From positions 1-64,000 of the forward strand of contig JBNKCR010000034.1 of NCBI GenBank assembly GCA_050287845.1: DNA of 64,000 nucleotides, in the 5' to 3' direction. Under the pieces are notes generated by a model. That model had not been told where the DNA came from. It did no database searches and worked only from the letters and a program-made list of their open reading frames with translations. Made by a program: the position numbers and the translations under genes. Below, piece after piece: positions 19,314 to 29,778 of the stretch. This stretch comes from Polyangia bacterium (lineage in GTDB: Bacteria > Myxococcota_A > Polyangia > JAAYKL01). The stretch's first letter is position 1. Every line of letters begins with the position of its first letter.

Positions 19314-20585
19314 ATGCGGAATATTTTATCAAAAATTGTGTTGGGATTCGCGTTCGGCACTGCGGTTGCATTGAGCGGATGTCTGCCATATCTGACCCAG
19401 GACCGCTCGGAAGCGCTGGTTCCTCATCTCGATGTACCCCAGACGCTGGTCATTGCAGAAAAAGAACTGGCCAAAGGAGGTACCGGCAGTGTGCTCACCC
19501 TGTGGGCCATACGGGATCAGTATATTACGGCTGCAGAGGCGGCAAAGATCTCTGCCCTCTACTTCAAATACGTGGATTCCCTCGATAGTCGTTTTAACAC
19601 CTGGCATCTCACGTGGGCGATTGCGAACATGTATCGGTTGAATGGGGATGATGTGAAGACCGCCCTCGCCGGCGCTTACAAGGATGCACGGGAACGGGCG
19701 AAACATGTTCATCGGGTGGCAGATCTTCATGCCAATGGGGACACGCTGTATATGGGCGATGCCCATGCGGGCGGGCGGGCCTATGCGAAACGACATCTGG
19801 TTGCGCCGGGAAATGAAGCATACCTGCAGTCACTTCAGGACGATGCATACCTTCGGGGCGAAAGAACGGATCCGGACCCGTACTGGGGACCCCCGGGGCG
19901 TCGGGATTTTACGCCGAAGGGCTGGGTGCGGCAGCCATCCTTTGTGTCTCATGGCGGAAATCTCAATAAGCATGAGCACGCGCTGGTGTTGACCGTGGAC
20001 GGTGAACTGCTGCCTCCGGCCGTACTGGTCGGGTATCGATATGGACTGTTTTACTGGGGGGAAGTGGGCGTGGATGTGGGAGGCGACTATGGCGTGTTTG
20101 AAGCACTGGCTCACATGAAGATAGAAAATTTCAAGACGGCGGCGTCCGAACGGTTTTACTGGGGAACCACCTATAAAACCGGGTACAAGCATCACGTGGC
20201 GGATTTCGGAGAAAACATGGCGTTCGATGACAAGTCGTGGATTCTTGCCTTTGAAAATACATTTGCATTCCGCCTGGGCGCCTCGCGGCAGAAGGCAATT
20301 TATGCGGTTACCCAGTTTTACATCGACTTCGATATGCATCATCACGACCGACAGACGGATTACTATGTAGCCCCGGTGCTGCTCGGTTGGGAAAATGTGA
20401 TTGGCGATTATGGCAACTTTTTCGTTCAGGCGGGGATGGTGTACTCCATCAACGGTATGGAACTGAAAGATGGTGTCAAATACGATAATTCCTGGTTTCC
20501 GGCGCTGCAGTTCGGTTTCGGGTATCGCACCGGCGATCGAACGGCCATTTATTACGCACCCCGTACCCGGCAAATGGCGCGATAA
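19314..20585 (+). CDS. Hypothetical lipoprotein with beta-rich C-terminal half
   Basis: ALSGC lipobox; aromatic-rich beta-strand pattern in the C-terminal half. Confidence 0.6.
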   Translation: MRNILSKIVLGFAFGTAVALSGCLPYLTQDRSEALVPHLDVPQTLVIAEKELAKGGTGSVLTLWAIRDQYITAAEAAKISALYFKYVDSLDSRFNTWHLTWAIANMYRLNGDDVKTALAGAYKDARERAKHVHRVADLHANGDTLYMGDAHAGGRAYAKRHLVAPGNEAYLQSLQDDAYLRGERTDPDPYWGPPGRRDFTPKGWVRQPSFVSHGGNLNKHEHALVLTVDGELLPPAVLVGYRYGLFYWGEVGVDVGGDYGVFEALAHMKIENFKTAASERFYWGTTYKTGYKHHVADFGENMAFDDKSWILAFENTFAFRLGASRQKAIYAVTQFYIDFDMHHHDRQTDYYVAPVLLGWENVIGDYGNFFVQAGMVYSINGMELKDGVKYDNSWFPALQFGFGYRTGDRTAIYYAPRTRQMAR

Positions 20586-20605
20586 TGAGAACCGGATTCA
20601 GGCGA

Positions 20606-22039
20606 TTATTTCGAGCAGTCCGGTTGCGGATCGACGCAGCCGAATTCGTCTAATCCGAAAAATTCAAGAATAGCGTCTTCCTCGTAAGCCATACTGTGCC
20701 CACCACCTGTGCCGTGCCAGGCCTGCAATACAGTATATCCACAGCTGTCATCCCAGAAATCCCGTTCATATGGCGATACACTCGTCTGGATGGAATCACT
20801 TCGCGTGGGTGATTCGTCCAGACCAAGTACGTTGGTCCATTCCTTGATGGCTTCCCCCATATTGTTGTAGCTGATGGTTGCATCCGCGGTTCCGTGGAAC
20901 AGCATTACCCTTGGCCGCGGGCCATCGTACCCCGGGAACATTCCCCGAGCCAGGTCTCCCCATTGCTGGGCTGTTTTGCTGACCCGACCGCCAGCGCAGC
21001 TGCCGGACCATTGATTGTTGTAATCGTAGCCATCCGCCCAACAACCGGCCGGGACTCCGGCGCGAGCCGCACCTGCCTGAAACAAATCGGGATATACGGC
21101 CATCATGGCCTGGGTCATCATCGAGCCGGAGGAACCTCCCATGATATAAACGCGGTCCGGATCGCCGTTGTATTCTGCCAGTACGTAGGCCACCATCTGT
21201 GCCACCGCCTGGGTGTCGCCGCCGCCGTCGCGGGTAAGAGACGTCGGATTGCCCACATCCCAGCAGTTTCGCCCCGTGGCTTCGGGGAAAATGATGTAGA
21301 AACCGTTTTTATCCGCAGCGGATATGATGCCCTGCACGGAATTGACGTAACCGTCCACAGGGGTGCCACACGAATGACATGCCACCATCACCGGCGGTTT
21401 CTCGGCGGGCTGACCGGGGGAATAGAGGTACATATTCACGTAGCTCGGAACCCCGGATGCGCCCCATGTGCCGCGATCGAGGAGTTTTCTGGACCCTTTG
21501 GGGGGATTGGCCGGTCTGGTTTCGTCGCATACAACTTCTGTATCCCCATCGGTGTCTGTATCGGTATCTGTATCGGAATCCGTGTCCGTATCGGTGTCGG
21601 AATCCGTGTCCGTATCGGTGTCGGAATCCGTATCCGTATCGGTGTCGGTATCCGTATCCGTGTCGGTGTCGGGGGACGTTGCACCGTCACAGCAGCGCAA
21701 ACCATCGTCACAGTCGCCGGTCTGTGTTGTACCGCCCCAGGACACACAATGGGGGAGACATTCATATTCGCAGGCGCTGCCGGTATCCGTGTCTGAATCC
21801 GAATCCGAATCTGTATCAGAGTCGGTATCAGAATCGGTGTCAGAATCGGTGTCGGAATCCATGTCGGAATCCGAGTCGGTGTCCGAGTCGGAATCCGAGT
21901 CGGAATCCGAGTCCGTATCGGTGTCGGTATCTGTATCCGTTGCGCTGGAATCATTCCCATCGCTTCCGCCGCACATGGACAGAAGCAGGCTCATGCAAAC
22001 GAGAGCGGTGAGCTGTATCAATTTAGTAAAAAAGTTCAT
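20606..22039 (-). CDS. Lipoprotein esterase, PHB-depolymerase/CE1 acetylxylan-esterase-like, with two Asp-Thr/Ser repeat linkers
   Basis: LSMC lipobox; CWDV, GGSSGSMMT (GxSxG), YPDLF, FHGTAD, GGGH. Confidence 0.85.
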   Translation of the reverse strand: MNFFTKLIQLTALVCMSLLLSMCGGSDGNDSSATDTDTDTDTDSDSDSDSDSDTDSDSDMDSDTDSDTDSDTDSDTDSDSDSDTDTGSACEYECLPHCVSWGGTTQTGDCDDGLRCCDGATSPDTDTDTDTDTDTDTDSDTDTDTDSDTDTDTDSDTDTDTDTDGDTEVVCDETRPANPPKGSRKLLDRGTWGASGVPSYVNMYLYSPGQPAEKPPVMVACHSCGTPVDGYVNSVQGIISAADKNGFYIIFPEATGRNCWDVGNPTSLTRDGGGDTQAVAQMVAYVLAEYNGDPDRVYIMGGSSGSMMTQAMMAVYPDLFQAGAARAGVPAGCWADGYDYNNQWSGSCAGGRVSKTAQQWGDLARGMFPGYDGPRPRVMLFHGTADATISYNNMGEAIKEWTNVLGLDESPTRSDSIQTSVSPYERDFWDDSCGYTVLQAWHGTGGGHSMAYEEDAILEFFGLDEFGCVDPQPDCSK

Positions 22040-22394
22040 GCTGCCTACTTTCCTGCTTTCAGGGGCGGCTCAGTCTGCGCACTGGCTGCCTTTGGTTTTT
22101 ACTACGTGTTCAAAAAAACTACCAGAACCGGGCGGAACGCTCGGTGAATTATCTCAAGTTTTTTAATAATCCCTCGAAAATTTCTCAGTTCAGAACACAT
22201 GTGAATTGTTCCATGAGCGTCAGGTTTGGTTCAGAAATCTGAAATAATATAGCACTCTCATTCAATATGCGGGAGGTGCGGACGGTCTGCATCCGGCCCC
22301 CACCGTATCATCAGCCGGGTTCAAATCTGTATCAACTGGCGCCAATTTGTACATTATTGTATGTTGCACCGTTGGGAATGCGCGGATTTTGCCG

Positions 22395-22410
22395 TGGCAT
22401 CGAAAATGCA
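22395..22410 (+). promoter_or_regulatory. Candidate sigma54 -24/-12 promoter of ptsP
   Basis: tggcatcgaaaatgca, GG-N10-GC spacing, 55 nt upstream of the ATG. Confidence 0.45.
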
Positions 22411-22464
22411 AAACCAATGGCCACGGAAATATTCCGGATTGGCGGATAGGGCAGGAAACAGGTA

Positions 22465-24774
22465 ATGGCCAAGACAAAAAGAACACATTTTCAATTGCTT
22501 TGCGATATCGGCGAACTGGCGCATCTGCTGTCGGACACATCGGATATTGGTATGTTTCTCACCCAGTCAGTGGATCTGGTCGCCCGTCATCTGCTGGCCG
22601 ACGTCTGTTCCATCTATCTGTTCGATGATCGGGAAGACGCGCTGGTCCTCAAGGCGACCCACGGATTGAACAGCAATGCGGTGGAAGTGGTGAAGCTGAA
22701 AACCGGCGAAGGACTGGTAGGCATCGCCTTCGATTCATTCGTGGTCATCAACGATGGCAATGCACAGGAGAATCCGAATTTCAAGTACTTTGCCGAGGCG
22801 GATGAAGATAAATTCCATTCATTCATTTGTGTGCCCATTCGCCGGGGGGTAGAAAAAATCGGCGCCCTGGTGGTGCAGCACAGTGAACGGAACTGGTTTC
22901 ATGATGATGATGTAAAAGCCCTGAAAGCGGCAGCGTCCCAGTTGGCGGGTTCCCTGGAAGATATTCGGTTGTTGATGGAAGTGGAGCACGCCGGAGAATC
23001 CCGCAATGATGCCGCTGACCGCGAGAATCCCCCCCTGCTGGCGGGAACGCTTATCAACGGTACCAGCGGCGCCGCCGGATATGCATACGGTGAAGCGTCC
23101 GTCATGAAAAATGCCCGCAGTATGTTGCTCAAACGCCAGATGGAATGCCCCCGGGAATGCACCCATGCCGATTTCGAGGACGCGATTGAAAAGACCACCC
23201 GCGAGTTGCAGGGGTTACAGGAGGGATTTGCCCGACGATTGCCCGAAAGTGCGTCGCTGATTTTCACGGCCCACTTCATGATACTGAAAGATCGCAGTTT
23301 CACTGGTCGGATGGCCTCTCTCATCAATGAGGGCACCGCTCCGGTGGAAGCGGTGAAGACCGTTGCCCTGGACTACATGGCACTGTTCCTGGAGAGTCCT
23401 CATGTGTATATGAAGGAAAAAGCGCTCGATGTGGAGGATTTGGCCCTTCGCATACTGTCGCACCTGCTGGAGGAAACCCCGGACGAGATTCGGCCCAAAC
23501 GCATTTTCATTGCCCGGGAGCTGTTTCCCTCGGATGTGCTCAAGCTGGCGTCGGGGGAAGTGCCGGGAATCGTGCTGGTGGGTGGCGGGATTGCTTCTCA
23601 TGTGGCCATCCTGTGTCGTTCACTGCAGATTCCCCTGGTGATTGCAGACGAACCGCGACTGCTGGAACTGAAACCGGGCACACCGGTGCTGCTCGATGCC
23701 GATGTGGGGAACCTGTACATTGAACCGGGACTGGAGACCGTGGCCCTTTTTGAAAAAAAGCATCTGACCCAGCAGAGTATCCTTACCCGGGCGGCAGACA
23801 TGACCGAGACCTCTCACACGGTGGATGGGGTGAAAATAGAATTGCTGGCCAATATCAATCTGCTGAGTGAAGTATCCCTGGCCAAATCTTTGAAAGCGGA
23901 AGGGATTGGCCTGTACCGCACGGAGTTTCCGTTTCTGATTCGAACCACTTTTCCTTCAGAGGCAGAGCAGTACGTTATTTACAAAAGGCTGTTTGACAGC
24001 ATGCCCGAACAGACCGTTACCATCCGCACCCTGGACGCCGGCGGTGACAAAACCCTGGCCTATTCCAACGTGCAGGCCGAGGAGAATCCGGAACTGGGAC
24101 TGCGATCCATCCGTTTTCTGTTGCGCCATCGGGATGTGTTCGAAAATCAGGTGCGGGCCATTCTGCGCGCGGCGGCGGGGGCGCCTCAGGCCCGATTAAT
24201 GTTTCCGCTCATTTCATCGGTGGATGAGTTCCGGGCAGCCAGGCAGATGGTGAATGAGTGCATGGACGCGCTTGCAAGAGAAAATGCGGAATTCAATCGC
24301 AACATCAAAGTCGGGATGATGGTGGAACTGCCTGCCGTGCTTGAAATTCTGGACGTCTTCGCCCGGGAAGTGGATTTTTTCTCGGTGGGGACCAACGATT
24401 TCGTTCAGTATATGCTGGCGGCAGATCGGGCCAGCAAACTGGTATCCGACTATTATGTGATGCACCATCCGTCCATATTGCGGGCCCTTGCTCATATTGC
24501 CCGCACTGCGGATCGTTTTGGCATTCCCGCATCCATCTGCGGGGAAATGGCCCGTCATGTGCAGTACCTGCCGTTTCTGATAGGCATCGGTATTCGCCAA
24601 CTCAGTGTGGATCCCCAGTTCCTGCCTGGTGTTCAGGCGGCGATTTCACGGATTGACGCCGGTGCAGCCAGAGCTCATGCGGGCAGGCTGCTGGAAATGG
24701 GCGTGTTATCCGACATTTCTGCAGAGCTTCCGGTTATTGAAGAAGAACTGCAGGAGCAGATGATATCCGGATAA
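22465..24774 (+). CDS. ptsP: GAF-domain PEP-protein phosphotransferase (enzyme I-Ntr)
   Basis: N-terminal GAF, SHVAIL phospho-His, GIGLYRTE, RTLDAGGDK, SVGTND, ICGEMA. Confidence 0.93.
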   Translation: MAKTKRTHFQLLCDIGELAHLLSDTSDIGMFLTQSVDLVARHLLADVCSIYLFDDREDALVLKATHGLNSNAVEVVKLKTGEGLVGIAFDSFVVINDGNAQENPNFKYFAEADEDKFHSFICVPIRRGVEKIGALVVQHSERNWFHDDDVKALKAAASQLAGSLEDIRLLMEVEHAGESRNDAADRENPPLLAGTLINGTSGAAGYAYGEASVMKNARSMLLKRQMECPRECTHADFEDAIEKTTRELQGLQEGFARRLPESASLIFTAHFMILKDRSFTGRMASLINEGTAPVEAVKTVALDYMALFLESPHVYMKEKALDVEDLALRILSHLLEETPDEIRPKRIFIARELFPSDVLKLASGEVPGIVLVGGGIASHVAILCRSLQIPLVIADEPRLLELKPGTPVLLDADVGNLYIEPGLETVALFEKKHLTQQSILTRAADMTETSHTVDGVKIELLANINLLSEVSLAKSLKAEGIGLYRTEFPFLIRTTFPSEAEQYVIYKRLFDSMPEQTVTIRTLDAGGDKTLAYSNVQAEENPELGLRSIRFLLRHRDVFENQVRAILRAAAGAPQARLMFPLISSVDEFRAARQMVNECMDALARENAEFNRNIKVGMMVELPAVLEILDVFAREVDFFSVGTNDFVQYMLAADRASKLVSDYYVMHHPSILRALAHIARTADRFGIPASICGEMARHVQYLPFLIGIGIRQLSVDPQFLPGVQAAISRIDAGAARAHAGRLLEMGVLSDISAELPVIEEELQEQMISG

Positions 24775-24848
24775 TGGGGATCCCGGCAATCAGGGGAGTT
24801 TTGCGTAATTGACTTGCCAATGGCAGGGCACGACATTACAAAAGCGCC

Positions 24849-25631
24849 ATGGAAACAGTACATACTCAGAAGAAATACCTGAAAACGACAATTGAACGGG
24901 TGGAATCGGTGGCCCCGGGATACGCATTGATGTCTTTTAAATCTGAAATACCGCTGGAGGGCACACCGGGGCAGTTCGTGATGATTCGAGGTGCATGGGG
25001 GGCGAATCCCGTTTTGCCCCGGGCATTTTCCATTGTCAGAGCCGGGGAGGTGGGCCAGGTGCTGGTGCGGGACGTCGGCCCGGGAACCTCCCTGCTGTGC
25101 AACATGCATGAGGGCGATACGCTGAACGTTCTGGGACCCCTCGGCAACGGGTTTATCGAACCCAAGTCGGCCCGGGCGGTGCTGGTGGCCGGGGGCGTCG
25201 GCGTGGCGCCGCTGGTATTTCTGGCGGAACAGCTTGCGCCCAGGGGGGTGCCGATCACTTTTGTGTACGGCGCGCGAACCCGCAACGATTTACCGCTGGT
25301 CGATCGGATCAAAGCGTCGGCTGAGCTGATCATCACAACGGAGGATGGTTCGGTGGGAACCAGAGGTCTCGTCACGGAACCGTTGGGGGAATTACTCAGG
25401 GACCCCGAGTGCATCGTGTATTCCTGCGGCCCCAACGCCATGCTCGAAGCAGTGGGCAGAGTGGCCATGGACTCGGGGGTGGAATGCCAGGTGGCGCTGG
25501 AGTCCCCGATGGCCTGTGGTATGGGAACCTGCAAGGGATGTGCGGTGGTTCGACCGGACGGTTCGTTCACCTACGTGTGTACCGATGGCCCGGTATTTGT
25601 GGCGGCCAGCATTTACGGAGGTGAGAAGTGA
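24849..25631 (+). CDS. pyrK: Dihydroorotate dehydrogenase electron transfer subunit
   Basis: PGQFVM, VAGGVGVAP, MACGMGTCKGC...CTDGPVF. Confidence 0.93.
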   Translation: METVHTQKKYLKTTIERVESVAPGYALMSFKSEIPLEGTPGQFVMIRGAWGANPVLPRAFSIVRAGEVGQVLVRDVGPGTSLLCNMHEGDTLNVLGPLGNGFIEPKSARAVLVAGGVGVAPLVFLAEQLAPRGVPITFVYGARTRNDLPLVDRIKASAELIITTEDGSVGTRGLVTEPLGELLRDPECIVYSCGPNAMLEAVGRVAMDSGVECQVALESPMACGMGTCKGCAVVRPDGSFTYVCTDGPVFVAASIYGGEK

Positions 25632-26545
25632 GTAACATTCTGGAAACCACCCTTGGTCCCCTGGTGCTGAAAAACCCGGTCATCGTGGCCTCCGGCACCT
25701 TTGGCTATGGGCTTGAATACAGAGATGTCATGGATATTTCAAAAATAGGCGGAATCAGTGTTAAAGGCGTCTCGCTATTGCCCAGACCGGGAAATCCCCC
25801 CCCCCGGATGTGTGAAACACCTTCCGGTATGCTTAATTCCATTGGTCTGGCCAATGTGGGTTTTGATGTATTTGTTCGCGATATGATGCCAAAGCTGCGC
25901 GCGGCAAATGCCACGGTGATTGCCAATGCCTATGGAACCAGTGCCGAAGAGTTTGCCGAACTCTGTCGTAAGTTTAACGATATCGAGGGCATTGCCGCCA
26001 TCGAAGTCAATATTTCATGTCCCAATGTGAAGTCCGGCGGCATCCATTTCGGGGTTTCCGGAAAACCCGCAGCGGAGGTGACCTCTGCGGTTCGAAAAGC
26101 CACCGGGCTGCCGGTAATGGTAAAGTTGTCTCCGGAGGCTGCGGATCTCAGGGAAGTGGCACGGGCGGTGGAGGAAGCCGGGGCAGACAGTATTTCGCTG
26201 ATCAACACATTCAGAGGCATGTCCATCGATGTGAATACCCGAAAACCCAGACTGGGTGTTGGCTTCGGCGGGCTGTCGGGGCCGGCCATCCGGCCGTTGG
26301 CAGTACGGATGGTATACGACGTGGCTCAGGTGGTGCGCATTCCCGTGGTGGGTATGGGGGGCATTACCTGCTTGCGGGATGTCCTCGAATTTTTACTGGC
26401 CGGCGCCAGCGCCGTGCAGGTGGGAACCGCCAATTTTTCCAATCCGACCACTTCTGTGGAAATCATTGATGCATTGGAAACCTACTGCAAAGAAAAGAAA
26501 CTTCGCCCGGCGGACCTGGTCGGCAAAGTGCAGATGAACCGGTAG
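25628..26545 (+). CDS. pyrD: Dihydroorotate dehydrogenase B catalytic subunit
   Basis: ASGTFGYG, NISCPN, VKLSP, GGLSGPAIRP. Confidence 0.95.
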   Translation: MSNILETTLGPLVLKNPVIVASGTFGYGLEYRDVMDISKIGGISVKGVSLLPRPGNPPPRMCETPSGMLNSIGLANVGFDVFVRDMMPKLRAANATVIANAYGTSAEEFAELCRKFNDIEGIAAIEVNISCPNVKSGGIHFGVSGKPAAEVTSAVRKATGLPVMVKLSPEAADLREVARAVEEAGADSISLINTFRGMSIDVNTRKPRLGVGFGGLSGPAIRPLAVRMVYDVAQVVRIPVVGMGGITCLRDVLEFLLAGASAVQVGTANFSNPTTSVEIIDALETYCKEKKLRPADLVGKVQMNR

Positions 26546-26868
26546 ACGATCATTCCTTGACAACCACCGGAAAGTCTTTCGTTGCGGGGCCGAATGAGTG
26601 CATTTTCGAGAATGTCCAGTAAAAAAAATAAATCGCATACGATGTACCATTGCACTTTAGTTGATGATGTGTAATTAGGTGGCTGCATTTCAGCAGGAAC
26701 AGTATTGCTGTGAATGTGTGACAGTTGTGGAATTTGTGCCTGTAAATCCCTATTTTTATTCGAATTCCAGATAAAAACTGTTGTAAAATGGATTGCGCTG
26801 CATAGCAACTACAGTATACTCGGCCTCCGTTTTTTTCGAATGGGGGACGACAGCAAATGAGGTGATAA

Positions 26869-27066
26869 ATGAAAAGACTTGATGAAACGCTCGACATTCG
26901 TGAAATTTCCCTTCATCGAAAAGACGATTGCAGGTTTTATGATAAATGTCTCAATGAAGCATCGGCCAAGAGATGGCGCTCGTTCTCCTGCCTGGACTGT
27001 CGGAAATTCGAAAAAAAGGTTCAGGTAACCCCCCGTTTACGTAAAGCCAGCAACCTGGTCTGGTAA
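26869..27066 (+). CDS. Small four-Cys protein
   Basis: gaggtg RBS; HRKDDCRFYDKCL..A....W.SFSCLDC. Confidence 0.7.
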   Translation: MKRLDETLDIREISLHRKDDCRFYDKCLNEASAKRWRSFSCLDCRKFEKKVQVTPRLRKASNLVW

Positions 27067-27075
27067 GGTTGATTT

Positions 27076-27396
27076 ATGGCATCCACTAAATTTTTCTTCC
27101 TTGGATTCGAAGTGGACGACGACCTGGACGGCTGTCTTTCCGGTTGTGGAAAGGCGGACAGAACCTTTCTGGAGCAGCCCCAGTATCTGGAGCGAATCAC
27201 TCTTGAAGATGGTCAGTTTCTCGGTAGACGTCTGGATGGCGAAGGAATTACAGTATCCACGGTGGAAGACAGCATCCGTAATGTGGTCAGTCTCATTCAA
27301 AGAGTGGCGCCGGGATGGAACAAATCCACCAGCCATGCGGTATTGAAAGCCCTGGAAGAAGAAATTACCCACAGTGATGTCATTGTCAGCTACTGA
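27076..27396 (+). CDS. Hypothetical protein
   Basis: aagg RBS; tight spacing in an operon-like run. Confidence 0.65.
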   Translation: MASTKFFFLGFEVDDDLDGCLSGCGKADRTFLEQPQYLERITLEDGQFLGRRLDGEGITVSTVEDSIRNVVSLIQRVAPGWNKSTSHAVLKALEEEITHSDVIVSY

Positions 27397-27417
27397 AATC
27401 TTACCCGCTGCATAAAG

Positions 27418-28596
27418 TTGAGTGGATATATGACGTTTTCCCAGCCCGTTTACATTCTCTGCAGTTCAAGTTCTAAGCCCGAAATAAAATTAGCCGGTCT
27501 CACAGTGGGGGAGCGGCTGCTGCTGGCGCTTTCCCATGCCGGCATAACCGACGCAATATGTGTTGGGGATGGCCCCATTCCCCGGAGTGACCGGGCAACG
27601 GTCCGGGTGAAAAAGGGGGATGTCGCTGACCTGCAACGCGGCAAAGATCATCTGGTTATTCCCTCGGACCTGGTGTTCGATCGCGGATTACTGGCGGAAG
27701 AGACGCTCCCGGAAGGTCTTCCCCTCCGCACCCTTCCCTCTGCGACAATATTGCAGTATTTGCCTGACAACATTGACGCTCTGGTGGAGATGCTCGGAAC
27801 CGGAACAGCCGAATCCGGGAAGGGGTTTGCCATCCGGGTCACCGATAAACGGTCACAGAAACAGGCCACTCGGTCGCTGTTTCTGTCGCTCATCAAGCCC
27901 ATTGATGGCGTGATATCGAAAAACATCAATCGAAAAGTGTCGCTGTTCATTACGCGGTTCCTCATTCATACCCCGGTGAGTCCCAATGGGCTGACCGTGG
28001 CCATTATGCTCCTGGGCATTCTTTCCGGCGTGGCGGCCTATTTTGCCGAATACTGGTGGTCCCTGGTGCTTGCGGGATTCCTGTTTCAGACCCAGTCCAT
28101 GCTCGACGGCTGTGACGGCGAGATTGCCCGGTTGAAATATCAGTTTTCGGTCAAGGGGCAGTGGCTTGACAGCATTGGCGACGACGTGACCAACTATGTG
28201 TTCTGTCTGGGGCTGGCACTGGGACAGGCCAGAGTGCTGGGGTGGGATTGGTTGTACATTGTCGGGGGACTGGTGTTTCTCGTTCAATGGTATGCGTCGG
28301 CGTTGATGTACCAGCGGATATACAAAATGAACACCGGCGATTTGCTGGCCATTCCCAATATGGTTTCGTCCGGAGAACCCAAAGGCCGCCTTGGGGTGAT
28401 GGTTCGCGTGATACACACCATGACCAAGCGGGATTTCTTTGTATTCGTCACCTCGATTCTCGCCGCCATTCAGTTGCCGCTGGCGTCGTTCGGGCTGATT
28501 GCCGTGGGGTCATTCATCATGGCGCCGTCCCTTACCCTTAATGAATTGAGAATTCGAAAAGCCATCCGCGCCGGAGAACTGAATATTCCGTTGTAA
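27418..28596 (+). CDS. CDP-alcohol phosphatidyltransferase with degenerate N-terminal soluble domain
   Basis: SPNGLT, DGCDGEIAR...GQWLDSIGD; start 27418 or 27430. Confidence 0.85.
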   Translation: MSGYMTFSQPVYILCSSSSKPEIKLAGLTVGERLLLALSHAGITDAICVGDGPIPRSDRATVRVKKGDVADLQRGKDHLVIPSDLVFDRGLLAEETLPEGLPLRTLPSATILQYLPDNIDALVEMLGTGTAESGKGFAIRVTDKRSQKQATRSLFLSLIKPIDGVISKNINRKVSLFITRFLIHTPVSPNGLTVAIMLLGILSGVAAYFAEYWWSLVLAGFLFQTQSMLDGCDGEIARLKYQFSVKGQWLDSIGDDVTNYVFCLGLALGQARVLGWDWLYIVGGLVFLVQWYASALMYQRIYKMNTGDLLAIPNMVSSGEPKGRLGVMVRVIHTMTKRDFFVFVTSILAAIQLPLASFGLIAVGSFIMAPSLTLNELRIRKAIRAGELNIPL

Positions 28597-29759
28597 TGAG
28601 CACATCCATGGGGGAATACAGCATATACGTACATTTTCCCTTCTGCAAAAGTCGCTGCATCTACTGCGATTTTGTTTCCAATGTGGTCACCCCGATTCCG
28701 GTGAAGCAGGTCACCGAACAGTTGCAAAGAGAGCTGGACGCCCGGCGAACCTGGGCGGATCTTCGGGGGGCGCCGTTGTCCATTTATCTGGGTGGGGGAA
28801 CCCCGTCGCTGTGGCCGGCAGACGCTCTTGCCCAGGTGGTCCGTTCCTGTCTGGACGGCGCTGACACCAACGACATCGAAGTGACGGTGGAACTCAACCC
28901 GGGGGATGTGGATGAAGCCTGGATTCACGGGATGCTGGAGGCCGGTGTCAATCGGTTTTCGGTAGGGGTGCAGGCCATGCGCGACGATAGACTCCAGTGG
29001 CTCGGCAGAAGGCACACGGTGGCGGATTCCCGGGCTGCTGTTTTGACCCTGCAAAATTGCGGCGCCCGCAACATCAGTGTGGATTTTATATATGCCACTC
29101 CGGGGCATGCCGAGGTGGATATGGTACACGAACTGAATGCCCTCTGCGGCCTTGACGTGAATCACGTCTCTGCATATGAGCTGACCATTGCCGAAAATAC
29201 CCCCCTGTTCCGCATGCATCCGGATGAAATATCTGACGAACAGCGCGCCGACCTCTGGCATATGGCCGGAGAAACCCTGGCCCGGCACGGTTTTGAGCGG
29301 TATGAAGTTTCCAATTATGCCCGGGGAACGACCCACCGGAGCCGTCACAATTGTCATTATTGGCGTGGTGGCGCATATCTGGGATTGGGCGCTGGCGCCC
29401 ATGGGTTTGCTATCTTCGGAAACCGCCGGATTCGGTACGGCAATGGTGCGACCCTGTCGTCATGGTTGGATGCGCCGGTGTCGGTAGCGTCCATCGCAGA
29501 AAAGGTGTCCCTTGGGGATGGTTTTAATGAAATCCTGTCGGATTTGGATTTTGCCAGAGAACTGATAATGCTGGGACTGCGCTGCAAAGATGGCGTCGAT
29601 TTCCAGCAGCTTTCATCCCTTGTCGGTGGGCAGGGTGCGTTCCGGGAAAAGCTGAACGCCCTTGCGGCGGAAGGCTGGATGGTGTGGCAGAACCATCGCC
29701 TGGTCCCCACATCCAGGGCCATGCTTCTGGCAGACGAGCTTGCACTGGGATTTTTTTAA
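28596..29759 (+). CDS. hemW: Radical SAM heme chaperone HemW (HemN-like)
   Basis: YVHFPFCKSRCIYCDF, GGGTPS, YEVSNYA, SRHN..YW, GAGAHG. Confidence 0.88.
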   Translation: MSTSMGEYSIYVHFPFCKSRCIYCDFVSNVVTPIPVKQVTEQLQRELDARRTWADLRGAPLSIYLGGGTPSLWPADALAQVVRSCLDGADTNDIEVTVELNPGDVDEAWIHGMLEAGVNRFSVGVQAMRDDRLQWLGRRHTVADSRAAVLTLQNCGARNISVDFIYATPGHAEVDMVHELNALCGLDVNHVSAYELTIAENTPLFRMHPDEISDEQRADLWHMAGETLARHGFERYEVSNYARGTTHRSRHNCHYWRGGAYLGLGAGAHGFAIFGNRRIRYGNGATLSSWLDAPVSVASIAEKVSLGDGFNEILSDLDFARELIMLGLRCKDGVDFQQLSSLVGGQGAFREKLNALAAEGWMVWQNHRLVPTSRAMLLADELALGFF

Positions 29760-29778
29760 AGTGGTTGTTCTTCAGGCA

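Noticed and set aside
21379..22166. Poly(Ser-Val), Arg-Ile and Pro-Tyr/Cys ORFs here and near 33200-33700, 35150-35670 and 43370-44095
   Set aside because: Alternative-frame and antisense readings of the Asp-Thr/Ser repeats
28596..29759. Second radical SAM as part of a RiPP system
   Set aside because: Motifs match housekeeping HemW; no SPASM domain or precursor
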